Source: a candidate division WOR-1 bacterium RIFCSPLOWO2_02_FULL_46_20
GTDB lineage: Bacteria; Margulisbacteria; WOR-1; O2-12-FULL-45-9
Direction: 5' to 3'
Length of the DNA: 64,000 nucleotides
NCBI GenBank assembly: GCA_001771365.1
Contig: METP01000033.1
Location: 11,325-75,324, forward strand
In this document: in pieces, positions 27,689-37,302 of the stretch
Numbering within the stretch: position 1 is the first letter of the stretch
Layout of the letters: every line of letters starts with the position of its first letter
The notes under the pieces: generated by a model
What the model was told of the DNA's origin: nothing
Database searches by the model: none
Seen by the model: only the letters and a program-made list of their open reading frames with translations
Program-made: the position numbers and the translations under genes

Positions 27689-29919
27689 GTTTTTTGCAGT
27701 TCGGTCAGGTTGGTGATAATACTTGCCGCCCATTTATAAACATTGTTGTCGGCTACGACCTTACGCATGCTCTCCATGCGCCGCTTTTGTTCTTCCGGCG
27801 GCATGACGCAGGCAGTCTTGAGGCTGTCGGCAAACTCTTCGATGGCATAAGGGTTGATCTGCAGCGCTTCGGTCAGCTCCCTGGCCGCGCCGGTAAATTT
27901 ACTTAAGAGCAGGACTCCCGCCAGGTCATTCTTTGCCGCCACGTATTCTTTAGCCACCAGGTTCATACCATCGTGCAGCGAACTGACGACGCAAATGTCG
28001 CCGAGCCGGTAATAAGGCTTGATCTCCTCCGGAGTAAAGTACTCTTTTAAGTAGATTATCGGTCGCCAGGCGCCGTTGGTATATTTGCTGTTCTTTTTTT
28101 CTATCAACCGCTCGATCTCGTCCGACAGGTCGTGGTAGCGTTTGATCTTGGTCCGGCTGGGAGCGGCCAACTGCAAAAAGACGAACTTGTTCAGGTATTC
28201 CGGATATTTTCCCAGGAAACGGTCGACGGCCAGGATTCTTTCAACAATACCTTTCGTATAATCAATCCGGTCAACGCCGACGGCCACGATTTTTCCGGCC
28301 AGATCGTATTTCTCTCTTATCCGGTCGATCTCCCTGGCTTCATTGGCTGTGACCGAATAGCGTGATACCCCCTCGATGCTGATCGGGAATGGCCGGACCA
28401 GCGTTTCTTTGCCTGACCTGACAACGCTGTTCTTCTCGTTATCAACACGGCATTCCAGCAGGCGGTTGGCGGTTTCCAGAAAATTATTACAATGATATTG
28501 CACATGGAAGCCGACCAGGTCGCACCCCAGCATCCCATCCAGTATCTCTTTTTGATAAGGACAGACGGAAAAGACCTCCGGGTTCGGCCAGGGGATATGC
28601 CAGAAGAGCGCGATCGTGACATCCGGCCGCTTGTCCTTGATCATCTTGCCCAGCAGCGTGAAATGATAATCCTGGATAAAAACAAAGGCATTTTTGGCCG
28701 GCAGCTCCTCAATAACGCTGTCAGCAAACTTTTGGTTTACCTGTTTATACATCTGCCAGTCGGCTTCCCGGAAGATCGGGCGGGTGAAAGTAATATGACT
28801 AAGCGGCCAGAGGCCTTCGTTGGCAAAACCGTAATAGAAGCCGCCTTCCTCTTCGGGCGTCAGCCAAATTCTTTTTAGGATGTAGCGATTGTCTTCGGGC
28901 GGTACCCCGAGCTTGTCCTTGGAATTCACGAATTGCCGATCGGCGTTGCCGCTCCCCTGGGCAATCCAGGTTCCGCCGCAGGCCCGCATGATCGGATTGA
29001 GTGCCGTCACCACGCCGCTGGCCGGACGGACATATTTTGCCGCCCCCGTCCGCTCATCAAGCACGTGCATGAACGGCTCCCGGTTGGAAACAATAACCAT
29101 AGAGCTGTCGCCGAGTTTGGCGTTGACCAGGTCCTTTAATTTACTTTCCGTCCAGATCTCGTCCTTTTTCAATCTGATCGTGGCCGCTTCGGCCATGCTC
29201 TTTTTGGCCACCCTCAGGCTAAGGGCAACCTGCTCAACCTCACTGGCCAGCTCACCTAATTCACTCTTTTGGCTGATCTCATGCATCTTGCTGGTTTCAC
29301 CCTTCTGGAAATGTTTGAACCAAACCGTGAGCTGCCGCATCGGCACCAGAAACATCTGGCGGAGTACCAGCGCGGCAATGAGCAACAGCGAAATAACCAG
29401 CAAGACCAGCGTGATGATCATGTTCCGCCAAAAGTCCATTGACCGGGCAAAAACATAAGAGGTGTCATAGATCATCTCGACCATGCCAAGTATTTTCCCC
29501 TGGTCATCAAGCACCGGTATAATGTGGCTATAGACATAGATTTTTTTGAATTTCCCCAACAGGTCACTGGCTTCCTTGTTTTTAAGGGCATCTCGATAAT
29601 ATTCGCGCTCTTCGTCTTTCCAATCCCTGAACCTCTCCGTGATCGCTATTAATTTCCCTTCCCGATCGTAAAGCGCGCAGCCCTGGATATTCTTTTTATT
29701 CTGGAATCTCTTAACCAGACGTTGAGCCCCGGCTTGGTCATTATTGGCAAGAACATAACCGGCCGACAACTCCAGGCTTTCCGCGACAGTTTCGGCTTTC
29801 CGCTTGAGATCATCCATTAGTTTATCTTCTTCATATCTGACCTGGATAACGCCAAAAATGATGATAACCAGCGAAACGATGATGATAAGCGGCAAAGCAA
29901 AGACAATTGTTTTTTTCAT
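27685..29919 (-). CDS. otsA: Trehalose-6-phosphate synthase (GT20 OtsA domain) fused to an N-terminal TM–extracytoplasmic sensor–TM–HAMP module
   Basis: The GT20 core runs from about aa 269 (VIVSNREP…, FANEGLWPLSH, FIQDYHFTLLG, FWHIPWP). The N-terminus has TM1 at about aa 7-27, a loop of about 140 aa, TM2 (MIITLVLLVISLLLIAALVL) and a HAMP-like segment PMRQLTVWFKHFQKGE…SELGELASEVEQVALSL. Confidence 0.8.
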   Translation of the reverse strand: MKKTIVFALPLIIIVSLVIIIFGVIQVRYEEDKLMDDLKRKAETVAESLELSAGYVLANNDQAGAQRLVKRFQNKKNIQGCALYDREGKLIAITERFRDWKDEEREYYRDALKNKEASDLLGKFKKIYVYSHIIPVLDDQGKILGMVEMIYDTSYVFARSMDFWRNMIITLVLLVISLLLIAALVLRQMFLVPMRQLTVWFKHFQKGETSKMHEISQKSELGELASEVEQVALSLRVAKKSMAEAATIRLKKDEIWTESKLKDLVNAKLGDSSMVIVSNREPFMHVLDERTGAAKYVRPASGVVTALNPIMRACGGTWIAQGSGNADRQFVNSKDKLGVPPEDNRYILKRIWLTPEEEGGFYYGFANEGLWPLSHITFTRPIFREADWQMYKQVNQKFADSVIEELPAKNAFVFIQDYHFTLLGKMIKDKRPDVTIALFWHIPWPNPEVFSVCPYQKEILDGMLGCDLVGFHVQYHCNNFLETANRLLECRVDNEKNSVVRSGKETLVRPFPISIEGVSRYSVTANEAREIDRIREKYDLAGKIVAVGVDRIDYTKGIVERILAVDRFLGKYPEYLNKFVFLQLAAPSRTKIKRYHDLSDEIERLIEKKNSKYTNGAWRPIIYLKEYFTPEEIKPYYRLGDICVVSSLHDGMNLVAKEYVAAKNDLAGVLLLSKFTGAARELTEALQINPYAIEEFADSLKTACVMPPEEQKRRMESMRKVVADNNVYKWAASIITNLTELQKT

Positions 29920-30143
29920 TGATCGGCCTTCATAGGTCTTCTTCGGGCTCCCTCAATATCCGTGAGTAGCAATAGATGTTTAGCGCAAGTATGCAGGTTA
30001 GCGAAACGATCATAAATATCCAGCCGTATATGTTCATCGGAAACAACCTCCAAGGATTTGGATAATCCTTGAATCCGTTCAAATTTTATCACTTTATCAT
30101 GTGACTGTCGAATATTATTCTCAAGAATAGCCGATGTAAATCA

Positions 30144-30228
30144 TTCTTCTTGCACCCGTGAATTGAGTTGGGTATAATAAAAGTGATGGCCCGGCCCTGA
30201 ATGGTTTGAGAACCAGAGGGTCGAGGCA
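30144..30228 (+). promoter_or_regulatory. Copy B of the promoter–leader module (TTGCAC-17-TATAAT at 30150-30178 plus a 40-nt leader), oriented antisense to the 3' end of the Ca-ATPase gene
   Basis: About 85 nt are shared with 23084-23169. The sequence diverges after gtcgaggca. Confidence 0.55.
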
Positions 30229-30231
30229 AAT

Positions 30232-32781
30232 TCAATGAGCTAAAGAAACCCGCTTGACCGCTTCCATGACCCATAAGGGCAGAGTCGAGAACCCCAGAAC
30301 CAACAGCCAGCCCGTAGCGGATAAGGGTTCAGTCTTAAATATTATTTGCGCCCAGGGCAAGTGGACCACCGCCATTAACAGCAGGAAAGATACCAGCGCC
30401 GCCAGAATTAATTTTGAGTTGGTGAACACCCCCAACTTAAAAAGAGACACGCTCTGGCTGCGGCAATTAAAAGCATGGCAGAGCTGACTGCAGGAAATGA
30501 CCACAAAGGCCGCGGTCCGCGCCGCTGCCAAACCCTCCTGGCTCAAAAACAGAACAGAATAAAACGCCGCCAGGGAACAGCAGGCGATCAGCGCCCCCTG
30601 ATACAACATCAGGGCGCCGCTGCGCGGATCCAGCATCTTTTCATTGGGCAGACGCGGTGGCCGGCGCATGATCGCGGGATCAACCGGATCCATGCCCAAG
30701 GCCAGGGCCGGCAAGCTATCGGTAACTAAATTTACCCACAGGATCTGGATCGGCAAGAGCGGCACAGGGAAACCGATCAGCGCGGCCGTAAACATCAGTA
30801 AGATCTCCCCCGCGTTGCAGGAGAGAAGATAATGGATAAATTTTCTGATGTTATCGTAGATCCCCCGGCCCTCTTCCACCGCCGCCACGATTGAAGCAAA
30901 ATTATCGTCAGTGATCACCAGGTCGGAAACTTCTTTGGTCACATCGGTCCCCGTTATACCCATGGCCACGCCAATATCGGCCTCTTTGACCGCCGGCGCG
31001 TCGTTGACCCCATCCCCGGTCATGGCCACGATCTCCCCCTGACGGCGCAGGGAGCGCACGATCTGCAATTTGTCTTCCGGTGCAACCCGCGCGTAAACCG
31101 CATCGATCCCCAATTCGCGGGCTATCGCTTCCGCGGTATTTTTATGGTCACCGGTTATCATAACCACTTTTATTCCCGCTGTTTTACATTTGGCCACCGC
31201 CGCCTTCACCTCTTCCCGCGGCGGATCGATCATGGCCACGAGCCCCAAAAAAGTCAGGCCGCTCTCCAGCTCGGCCGCTTCATATTTATCCGGCAAGCGG
31301 TCCAGGCCTTTGTAAGCCACGGCCAAGACCCGCAGCGCCCGCTGGGCCAGGCTGGTGTTGGTGGCCAGGATTTGCGCGCGCTCCCCCCCGTCCATGGCAC
31401 AAACCTCCAGGACGGATTCGGGCGCGCCCTTGACATAAACCGCGAACCGGTCCTTTTCCCGGCGCACGACCGCCATTCTTTTGCGTTCGGAATCAAAGGG
31501 GATCTCTTCAACAAACGGGTGTTCGTTTTCCAACTGCTCCCGGCGCAGGCCTTTTTTGAGGGCGCAGACCACAATTGCCCCTTCGGTCGGATCGCCCAAA
31601 ATCTGATAAGCACCCTCCCTCAATACCAGTTGGGCGCTGCTGGAGAGCACCCCGCCGATCAAGGTCTTATTTAACTCTGGGTTTTCGGTCCCGATAAATT
31701 CTCCTTCAGGCGCATACCCCACACCCGTCACTTCGAAAAGAGTGCCGCCGGCCAGGATCGCCTTAATGGTCATCTCGTTCCTGGTCAGGGTGCCGGTCTT
31801 ATCCGAGCAAATGACTGTGGCGCAACCCAGTGTTTCAACCGCAGGAAGTTTACGGACCAGCGCGCCGCGCCTGACCATTCTCTGCACACCCAAAGCCAGA
31901 GCAATCGTGATCACGGCGGGCAATCCTTCGGGAATGGCCGCCACAGCCAGGCTCACCGCGGTCAAAAAGACATCTAAAATTTCTCCGCCGCGGAGCATTT
32001 CCAGCCCAAACACCATCAGCACCAAGGCACCGCAAAGATAAACGATCCAGCGGCCGAACTCTTCCAGTTTTTTCTGCAACGGAGTCGCCTCGTGCCCGAT
32101 GGATTGGATCAGGCCCGCAATTTTCCCCAGTTCGGTCATCATCCCGGTTCCCGTGACCAGGGCCCGCGCCTTGCCGGAAGCAATCGACGTACCCAGGTAC
32201 AGGAGATTGGCGCGCTCCGCCAGGGGAATTTCTTTTTCCTCTAAAGCCATGATGGTTTTTATAACCGGGGTGGATTCACCGGTCAAGCTGGCTTCCTGAG
32301 TGGAAAAATTGGGGCTGACGTATATTACGCGGGCATCGGCCGGCACGTGGTCGCCGGCCTCCAGCTCGATCAGGTCTCCGGGCACCAATTCGGCCGAGGG
32401 GATAACGCCACGCTGACCGCCGCGGACCACCCGCGCACTGGGGCTGGATAATCTTTTTAAGGCCGCGAGCGACTTTTCAGCGCGATATTCCTGAATAAAG
32501 CCCAGGCAGGCATTAACGATCACGATCCCGACTATGGCCAGCGCGTCGACCCATTCCTTTAAAAATCCGGAAATTACGGCAGCGCCGAGCAGGATCCAAA
32601 TAATAAAACCCTGGAACTGCTCCCAAAATATGCCCACCAGGCCGCGCCCTGTTTTTTCTTGTAATTGGTTGGGCCCGAACTTTAATCTGCGCGCCGCCGC
32701 CTCTGTCCCTGTCAAGCCACTGGTCAAGCTGGTCTCAAGTTTTTGGGCGGCCGCTTCCAGCGTTAATTGATAAAAGGTCAT
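30232..32781 (-). CDS. P-type cation-transporting ATPase (P2-type, Ca2+-ATPase-like)
   Basis: Carries the phosphorylation motif CSDKTGTLT and the hinge motifs TGDGVNDAPA and KGAPE. There are ten TM helices and the protein is 849 aa. Confidence 0.85.
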   Translation of the reverse strand: MTFYQLTLEAAAQKLETSLTSGLTGTEAAARRLKFGPNQLQEKTGRGLVGIFWEQFQGFIIWILLGAAVISGFLKEWVDALAIVGIVIVNACLGFIQEYRAEKSLAALKRLSSPSARVVRGGQRGVIPSAELVPGDLIELEAGDHVPADARVIYVSPNFSTQEASLTGESTPVIKTIMALEEKEIPLAERANLLYLGTSIASGKARALVTGTGMMTELGKIAGLIQSIGHEATPLQKKLEEFGRWIVYLCGALVLMVFGLEMLRGGEILDVFLTAVSLAVAAIPEGLPAVITIALALGVQRMVRRGALVRKLPAVETLGCATVICSDKTGTLTRNEMTIKAILAGGTLFEVTGVGYAPEGEFIGTENPELNKTLIGGVLSSSAQLVLREGAYQILGDPTEGAIVVCALKKGLRREQLENEHPFVEEIPFDSERKRMAVVRREKDRFAVYVKGAPESVLEVCAMDGGERAQILATNTSLAQRALRVLAVAYKGLDRLPDKYEAAELESGLTFLGLVAMIDPPREEVKAAVAKCKTAGIKVVMITGDHKNTAEAIARELGIDAVYARVAPEDKLQIVRSLRRQGEIVAMTGDGVNDAPAVKEADIGVAMGITGTDVTKEVSDLVITDDNFASIVAAVEEGRGIYDNIRKFIHYLLSCNAGEILLMFTAALIGFPVPLLPIQILWVNLVTDSLPALALGMDPVDPAIMRRPPRLPNEKMLDPRSGALMLYQGALIACCSLAAFYSVLFLSQEGLAAARTAAFVVISCSQLCHAFNCRSQSVSLFKLGVFTNSKLILAALVSFLLLMAVVHLPWAQIIFKTEPLSATGWLLVLGFSTLPLWVMEAVKRVSLAH

Positions 32782-32982
32782 CTATTCTTCTTTCATGATG
32801 CCTTCTTTTTTGGAAAGCCAGATAGCAAAAACGATTAGGCCCACTCCGACGACAATGATCGCCATGGAAGTAAAGATTGTCGCCGCGATCGCCGCCAGGA
32901 CCAGCCAGAGAAGCTTTGTTTCCAACAGACCCGAGGCGGGAAGCACAACACTTGATTCGGACATCTTTTTACCTCTTTCCAT
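32782..32982 (-). CDS. Small single-TM protein (66 aa or fewer) translationally coupled to the P-type ATPase
   Basis: Its stop is directly adjacent to the ATPase ATG. The hydrophobic core is LLWLVLAAIAATIFTSMAIIVVGVGLIVFAIW. Confidence 0.4.
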   Translation of the reverse strand: MERGKKMSESSVVLPASGLLETKLLWLVLAAIAATIFTSMAIIVVGVGLIVFAIWLSKKEGIMKEE

Positions 32983-33096
32983 TCAAAAAGAAATAAGCCC
33001 GCAAATTGTATCATATTAAAATGTTTTTGCAAAGCCGCGCCTGTCCTCTTTTTTTATTTGCTTTAGCCAAATAAAACCGCTACAATCATCGGGTTA

Positions 33097-35091
33097 ATGA
33101 ACAAGAATGAAGAAGGCACTAATTCCTGGCCCCACTGGTTAAAGCGGTTTTTTATTGGCCGGGCGCGCGATCCCCACGACCGCTCTCTCCTGCACAATAT
33201 TTCCCTGGTGGCTTTCTTCGCCTGGATCGGCTTGGGCGCGGACGGGCTTTCCTCTTCCTGCTACGGCCCGCACGAAGCCTGGTTGACCCTGCAGGGACAT
33301 TATTATCTGGGTATTTTTGTGGCGTTGGCCTCCGCTTTCACCATTTTTATCATCAGCGCCAGCTATTCCCATATCGTTGAGCTTTTCCCTAATGGCGGCG
33401 GAGGTTATCTGGTCGCCAGCCGGCTGCTCTCGCCCGCGGTGGGCATGGTTTCTGGCAGCGCCCTGTTGATAGATTATGTCCTGACCATCACGGTCTCAAT
33501 CGCCAGCGGGGCTGACGCGGTTTTCAGTTTTCTGCCACCTGAATGGTATGCCTACAAGATGCTCTTTGCCGCCGCTATGCTGGTCATTTTAATAATCCTC
33601 AATCTGCGGGGAGTCAAAGAATCTGTTTTAATCCTAACCCCTATTTTTATTCTTTTTCTGGTGACCCATGTCTTCGCCATCCTGTATTCGTTCGGTTTCC
33701 ACTTTATGAATCTGCCCGAAGTAGCCGCGGCCACTCGTTCCGATTTTCAGGTGGCCAGATCAGCCCTCGGAACTTTCGGAATCTTTTTGCTCCTCATGCG
33801 CGCCTACAGCATGGGCGCCGGTACTTATACCGGGATCGAAGCCGTGAGCAACGGCCTCACCATTTTGCGGGAACCAAAGGTCAAGACCGCGAAAAAAACC
33901 ATGCTCTATATGTCCTTATCCCTGGCCTTTATGGTCGTTGGCATTATGTTCTCATATGTCTTTTACCGCATCGAACCGGTCGCCGGCAAAACCATGAACG
34001 CGCTCCTCTTTTACCGTATGACCGAAAACTTCGGAGCAAATCTTAGCTATGTAATAGTAACAATAACCCTGCTCACAGAAGCCGCTCTACTCTTTGTCGC
34101 CGCCCAAACCGGTTTCATCGGCGGCCCGCGCATCCTGGCTAATATGGCGTTTGATCAATGGGTGCCCAAAAGATTCGCGCTTTTGAGTGACCGGCTGGTC
34201 GCGATAAACGGGATCCTGGTCATGGGCCTTTCTTCCCTTGTCCTCATGATATTCAGCCAGGGCTCGGTGGCCTTCCTGGTGGTGCTTTACAGCATCAATG
34301 TGTTCCTAACCTTCTTCCTGTCCCAGCTGGGTATGGTCAAGCACTGGTGGACAGAAAGAAGCCACGGCCAAAACTGGGCCGGCAAACTGCTCGTCAACGG
34401 CACCGGTTTACTCTTGACCTCTTTTATCCTGGTTTCAGTTACGGTGATAAAATTCCACGAAGGCGGCTGGTTAACCCTGCTGATCACCGGCACGCTAGTC
34501 CTGGCGGCGATCGCGGTCAAAAGAAATTATGTACTGACCGCTAAAATGGAGAAAAGAATCGACGCTTATGCCCTGGCTACGGAGTCACCGACTTCAAATT
34601 ATATTCCCCGACTGGATCAAAAGGAAGAGTTGAACGCCCAAAGCAAGACCGCGGTAATCCTGGTCAAAGATTTTACGGGCATCGGGCTCGAAACCATTTC
34701 CCAGGTGCTGCATTCTTTTAACGGCGTGTTCAAAAATTTTATCTTTCTCCAGTCCGGGTTGATCAATTCCGGCACCCTGGCGGAAATAAAGCCCGTCCAG
34801 GAAAAAATAAAATGCGAGGTCAACCGTTATGTTGAGCTGATGCAGGCACACGGCTACCATGCGGAAGGCCTCTGCCTGACCGGGATCGACACGGTGGAGG
34901 ACCTGGTCAAGGCCGCTTCCATGATCATCAAGAGCTACCCGAGTGCGGTTTTCTTCGGCGGACAGTTGGTCTTCCCCTATAACTCGGCCTTTAACCGCTG
35001 GCTCCACAACTACACTCTTTTCGCCACACAAAGAAGATTTTATAATCTCGGCATCCCGCTGTTCATCGTGCCCATCCAATTAAAAAAATAA
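33097..35091 (+). CDS. APC-superfamily permease with a C-terminal cytoplasmic extension of about 200 aa
   Basis: Twelve TM segments. The N-terminal LKR..IGRA….L…L…A.FAWIGLGADGLSSSCYGPHEA block is typical of APC transporters. Confidence 0.65.
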   Translation: MNKNEEGTNSWPHWLKRFFIGRARDPHDRSLLHNISLVAFFAWIGLGADGLSSSCYGPHEAWLTLQGHYYLGIFVALASAFTIFIISASYSHIVELFPNGGGGYLVASRLLSPAVGMVSGSALLIDYVLTITVSIASGADAVFSFLPPEWYAYKMLFAAAMLVILIILNLRGVKESVLILTPIFILFLVTHVFAILYSFGFHFMNLPEVAAATRSDFQVARSALGTFGIFLLLMRAYSMGAGTYTGIEAVSNGLTILREPKVKTAKKTMLYMSLSLAFMVVGIMFSYVFYRIEPVAGKTMNALLFYRMTENFGANLSYVIVTITLLTEAALLFVAAQTGFIGGPRILANMAFDQWVPKRFALLSDRLVAINGILVMGLSSLVLMIFSQGSVAFLVVLYSINVFLTFFLSQLGMVKHWWTERSHGQNWAGKLLVNGTGLLLTSFILVSVTVIKFHEGGWLTLLITGTLVLAAIAVKRNYVLTAKMEKRIDAYALATESPTSNYIPRLDQKEELNAQSKTAVILVKDFTGIGLETISQVLHSFNGVFKNFIFLQSGLINSGTLAEIKPVQEKIKCEVNRYVELMQAHGYHAEGLCLTGIDTVEDLVKAASMIIKSYPSAVFFGGQLVFPYNSAFNRWLHNYTLFATQRRFYNLGIPLFIVPIQLKK

Positions 35092-35127
35092 GCTGTCCGA
35101 CGCCAGCAGTTTGCAATTCAAATCCGC

Positions 35128-35349
35128 TTGGTCTATAATGTTCAATCTGTCATGACTTTTAAGCGTGATTTTATGGAAGCTTCCTCTTTGGGTCTGGAGA
35201 TGGCCGCGGCGGTTTTTTTAGGCGCTTTCCTTGGCTATCAGATTGATACAGTCTTGTCTTGCCGGCCCATCGGCCTGGTTGTCGGAGTGGTGCTGGGAGC
35301 GGCGGCCGGCATGTGGAACCTGATCAAAAAAAGCACAAAAAACCAATGA
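35128..35349 (+). CDS. AtpZ/AtpI-like small membrane protein preceding the F-ATPase operon
   Basis: A two-TM protein of 73 aa. LGAFLGYQIDTVL…GLVVGVVLGAAAGMWNLIKK resembles PF09527. Confidence 0.5.
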   Translation: MVYNVQSVMTFKRDFMEASSLGLEMAAAVFLGAFLGYQIDTVLSCRPIGLVVGVVLGAAAGMWNLIKKSTKNQ

Positions 35350-36077
35350 ACACGCTGGAACATTTAAAACAAACAGAGGTTATTAATGTTGAGGTGGCGG
35401 GGATCGATGCTTCGCTGACTAACGGGACCTTGATCCTTTTTTTAGCGGTCGCACTTGTGGTTTCATTCTATTTCATTGTCGGCCGGAAGGCAAAACTGGT
35501 CCCCTCCTTGACACAGAGCGCCGCCGAGCTGATCCTTGATTTTATCCGGTCCGAAATGCTTTCCCCTTTAGGCCGGGAAGGGGAAAAATGGCTGCCTTTT
35601 TTAGTTTCCCTTTTTTCCCTGATCCTGGTCTCCAACCTTTTAGGGCTGATCCCGGGCTTTGTTCCGCCTACCTCTAACATTAATGTGACCGCGACCCTGG
35701 CTGTTATTGTTTTTTTTACCACCCATATAACCGGCCTAAGAAAACACGGTCCCTGGTCTTACCTGAAATCCATTGTCCCGGAGGGCCTGCCCTTTTTTAT
35801 CGCGGCTTTTCTCTTTCCTCTGGAGCTGATCGGCCAACTGGCACGCCCTTTTTCGCTGACCGTCCGGTTATTTGCCAACCTGTTCGCCGGCCATGCTATT
35901 ATTATTACCCTGGTCAGCCTGATAATAATTTTCAAGAGCTTTTTGATCGCGCCCTTCCCAGTCATCGGCAATACTGCTATAATGGCCTTTGAAATATTTG
36001 TGGCCTTTATCCAGGCTTTTGTTTTTACTTATCTGTCGGCTTCATATATCGTGGGGGCTCTGCAGACAGAGCATTAA
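35346..36077 (+). CDS. atpB: F0F1 ATP synthase subunit a
   Basis: Contains the conserved Arg region SLTVRLFANLFAGH. The start was moved to MNTLEHLK. The ORF tool's longer start overlaps atpZ in another frame. Confidence 0.85.
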   Translation: MNTLEHLKQTEVINVEVAGIDASLTNGTLILFLAVALVVSFYFIVGRKAKLVPSLTQSAAELILDFIRSEMLSPLGREGEKWLPFLVSLFSLILVSNLLGLIPGFVPPTSNINVTATLAVIVFFTTHITGLRKHGPWSYLKSIVPEGLPFFIAAFLFPLELIGQLARPFSLTVRLFANLFAGHAIIITLVSLIIIFKSFLIAPFPVIGNTAIMAFEIFVAFIQAFVFTYLSASYIVGALQTEH

Positions 36078-36320
<243 letters not shown>

Positions 36321-36325
36321 ACAAC

Positions 36326-36808
36326 ATGTTTGAGTTTGAAACCGGAATAATAATCTGGACCAGCATTTCTTTTGCGGTTTTGGTGTTTTTGATGTACCGC
36401 TATGCTCTGCCGCCGCTCATTACCGTATTAAAGGAGCGGGAGCAGCTCATTGCCGGCTCTTTGACAGATGCCGAAACCAGGCAAAAAGAATCGCAGGCGG
36501 TCCTGGCTTCCGCCAGAGAGAGATTGACGGAAACCGACCGGATCGCCCAGAAGATCATCACGGATGCGAAACGCGAAACGGAAGCGATTAAAAAGGAAGC
36601 CCGCCTGAACTCCGAAAAAGAGGCGGCCACTTTTCTGGCCGCCGCCAAAGAAGAGCTGGTCCAGGAACAAAAGCAAATTGTTTCCCAGCTGAAAGAGCAA
36701 ACCGCCGATCTGGTGATATTGGCCGCGCAAAAAATATTAAACCAAAAAATCGACCAGGACGCCAACCGGCGTCTAATCGATGAGGCAATCAAAGAATGCC
36801 GCAACTGA
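36326..36808 (+). CDS. atpF: F0F1 ATP synthase subunit b
   Basis: N-terminal TM followed by a long charged helix. Its position in the operon supports the call. Confidence 0.8.
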   Translation: MFEFETGIIIWTSISFAVLVFLMYRYALPPLITVLKEREQLIAGSLTDAETRQKESQAVLASARERLTETDRIAQKIITDAKRETEAIKKEARLNSEKEAATFLAAAKEELVQEQKQIVSQLKEQTADLVILAAQKILNQKIDQDANRRLIDEAIKECRN

Positions 36809-37302
36809 TCAACCTGGAAAAACTATATGAGCTGGCCAAAGAAAACGCCCTGCCCTTGGGACGGGAGTTGTTTGATTTGAATTCTTTTTTAGCGCGCCAT
36901 TACCAGATCAAGAATTTTCTGGCCGACTCCAATGTTCCTTTAGCCCAAAAAAAAGAATTTTTCACCCGGCTTTGTCCGCAGGCCGGCAGCCTGTTCAAGG
37001 CTTTCATCCAGCTGCTTTTTGAACAGGATCTTTTTTCCAAACTTCCGTGGTTCACCGGCAAATTCCTGGCGATCCTTTTGGAAAAACGCAATATCCGGTT
37101 TGCCAAATTGATTTCCGCTTTGCCTTTATCGGAAGAAACTGTTAGCCGGATTAAGCAATGTTACGGGGATAACCTTTATTTTATCCAGGAAGTTGACCCG
37201 CAACTCAGCGGCGGGTTTATCATCGAAACCGCCGACCATAATTTGCTTAACGCGAGTGTCTCGGGCAGGTTAAAACAGCTAAGAACGGAGATGGTGCAAT
37301 GA
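36796..37302 (+). CDS. atpH: F0F1 ATP synthase subunit delta (OSCP)
   Basis: 168 aa, located between atpF and atpA. The C-terminus LSGGFIIETADHNLLNASVSGRLKQL is OSCP-like. Confidence 0.75.
   Translation: MPQLINLEKLYELAKENALPLGRELFDLNSFLARHYQIKNFLADSNVPLAQKKEFFTRLCPQAGSLFKAFIQLLFEQDLFSKLPWFTGKFLAILLEKRNIRFAKLISALPLSEETVSRIKQCYGDNLYFIQEVDPQLSGGFIIETADHNLLNASVSGRLKQLRTEMVQ

Noticed and set aside
35259-35345. Long 5' extension of atpB (MPAHRPGCRSGAG…) overlapping atpZ
   Set aside because: The extension is Gly/Arg-rich with no conservation. The canonical a-subunit starts at MNTLEH (35346).
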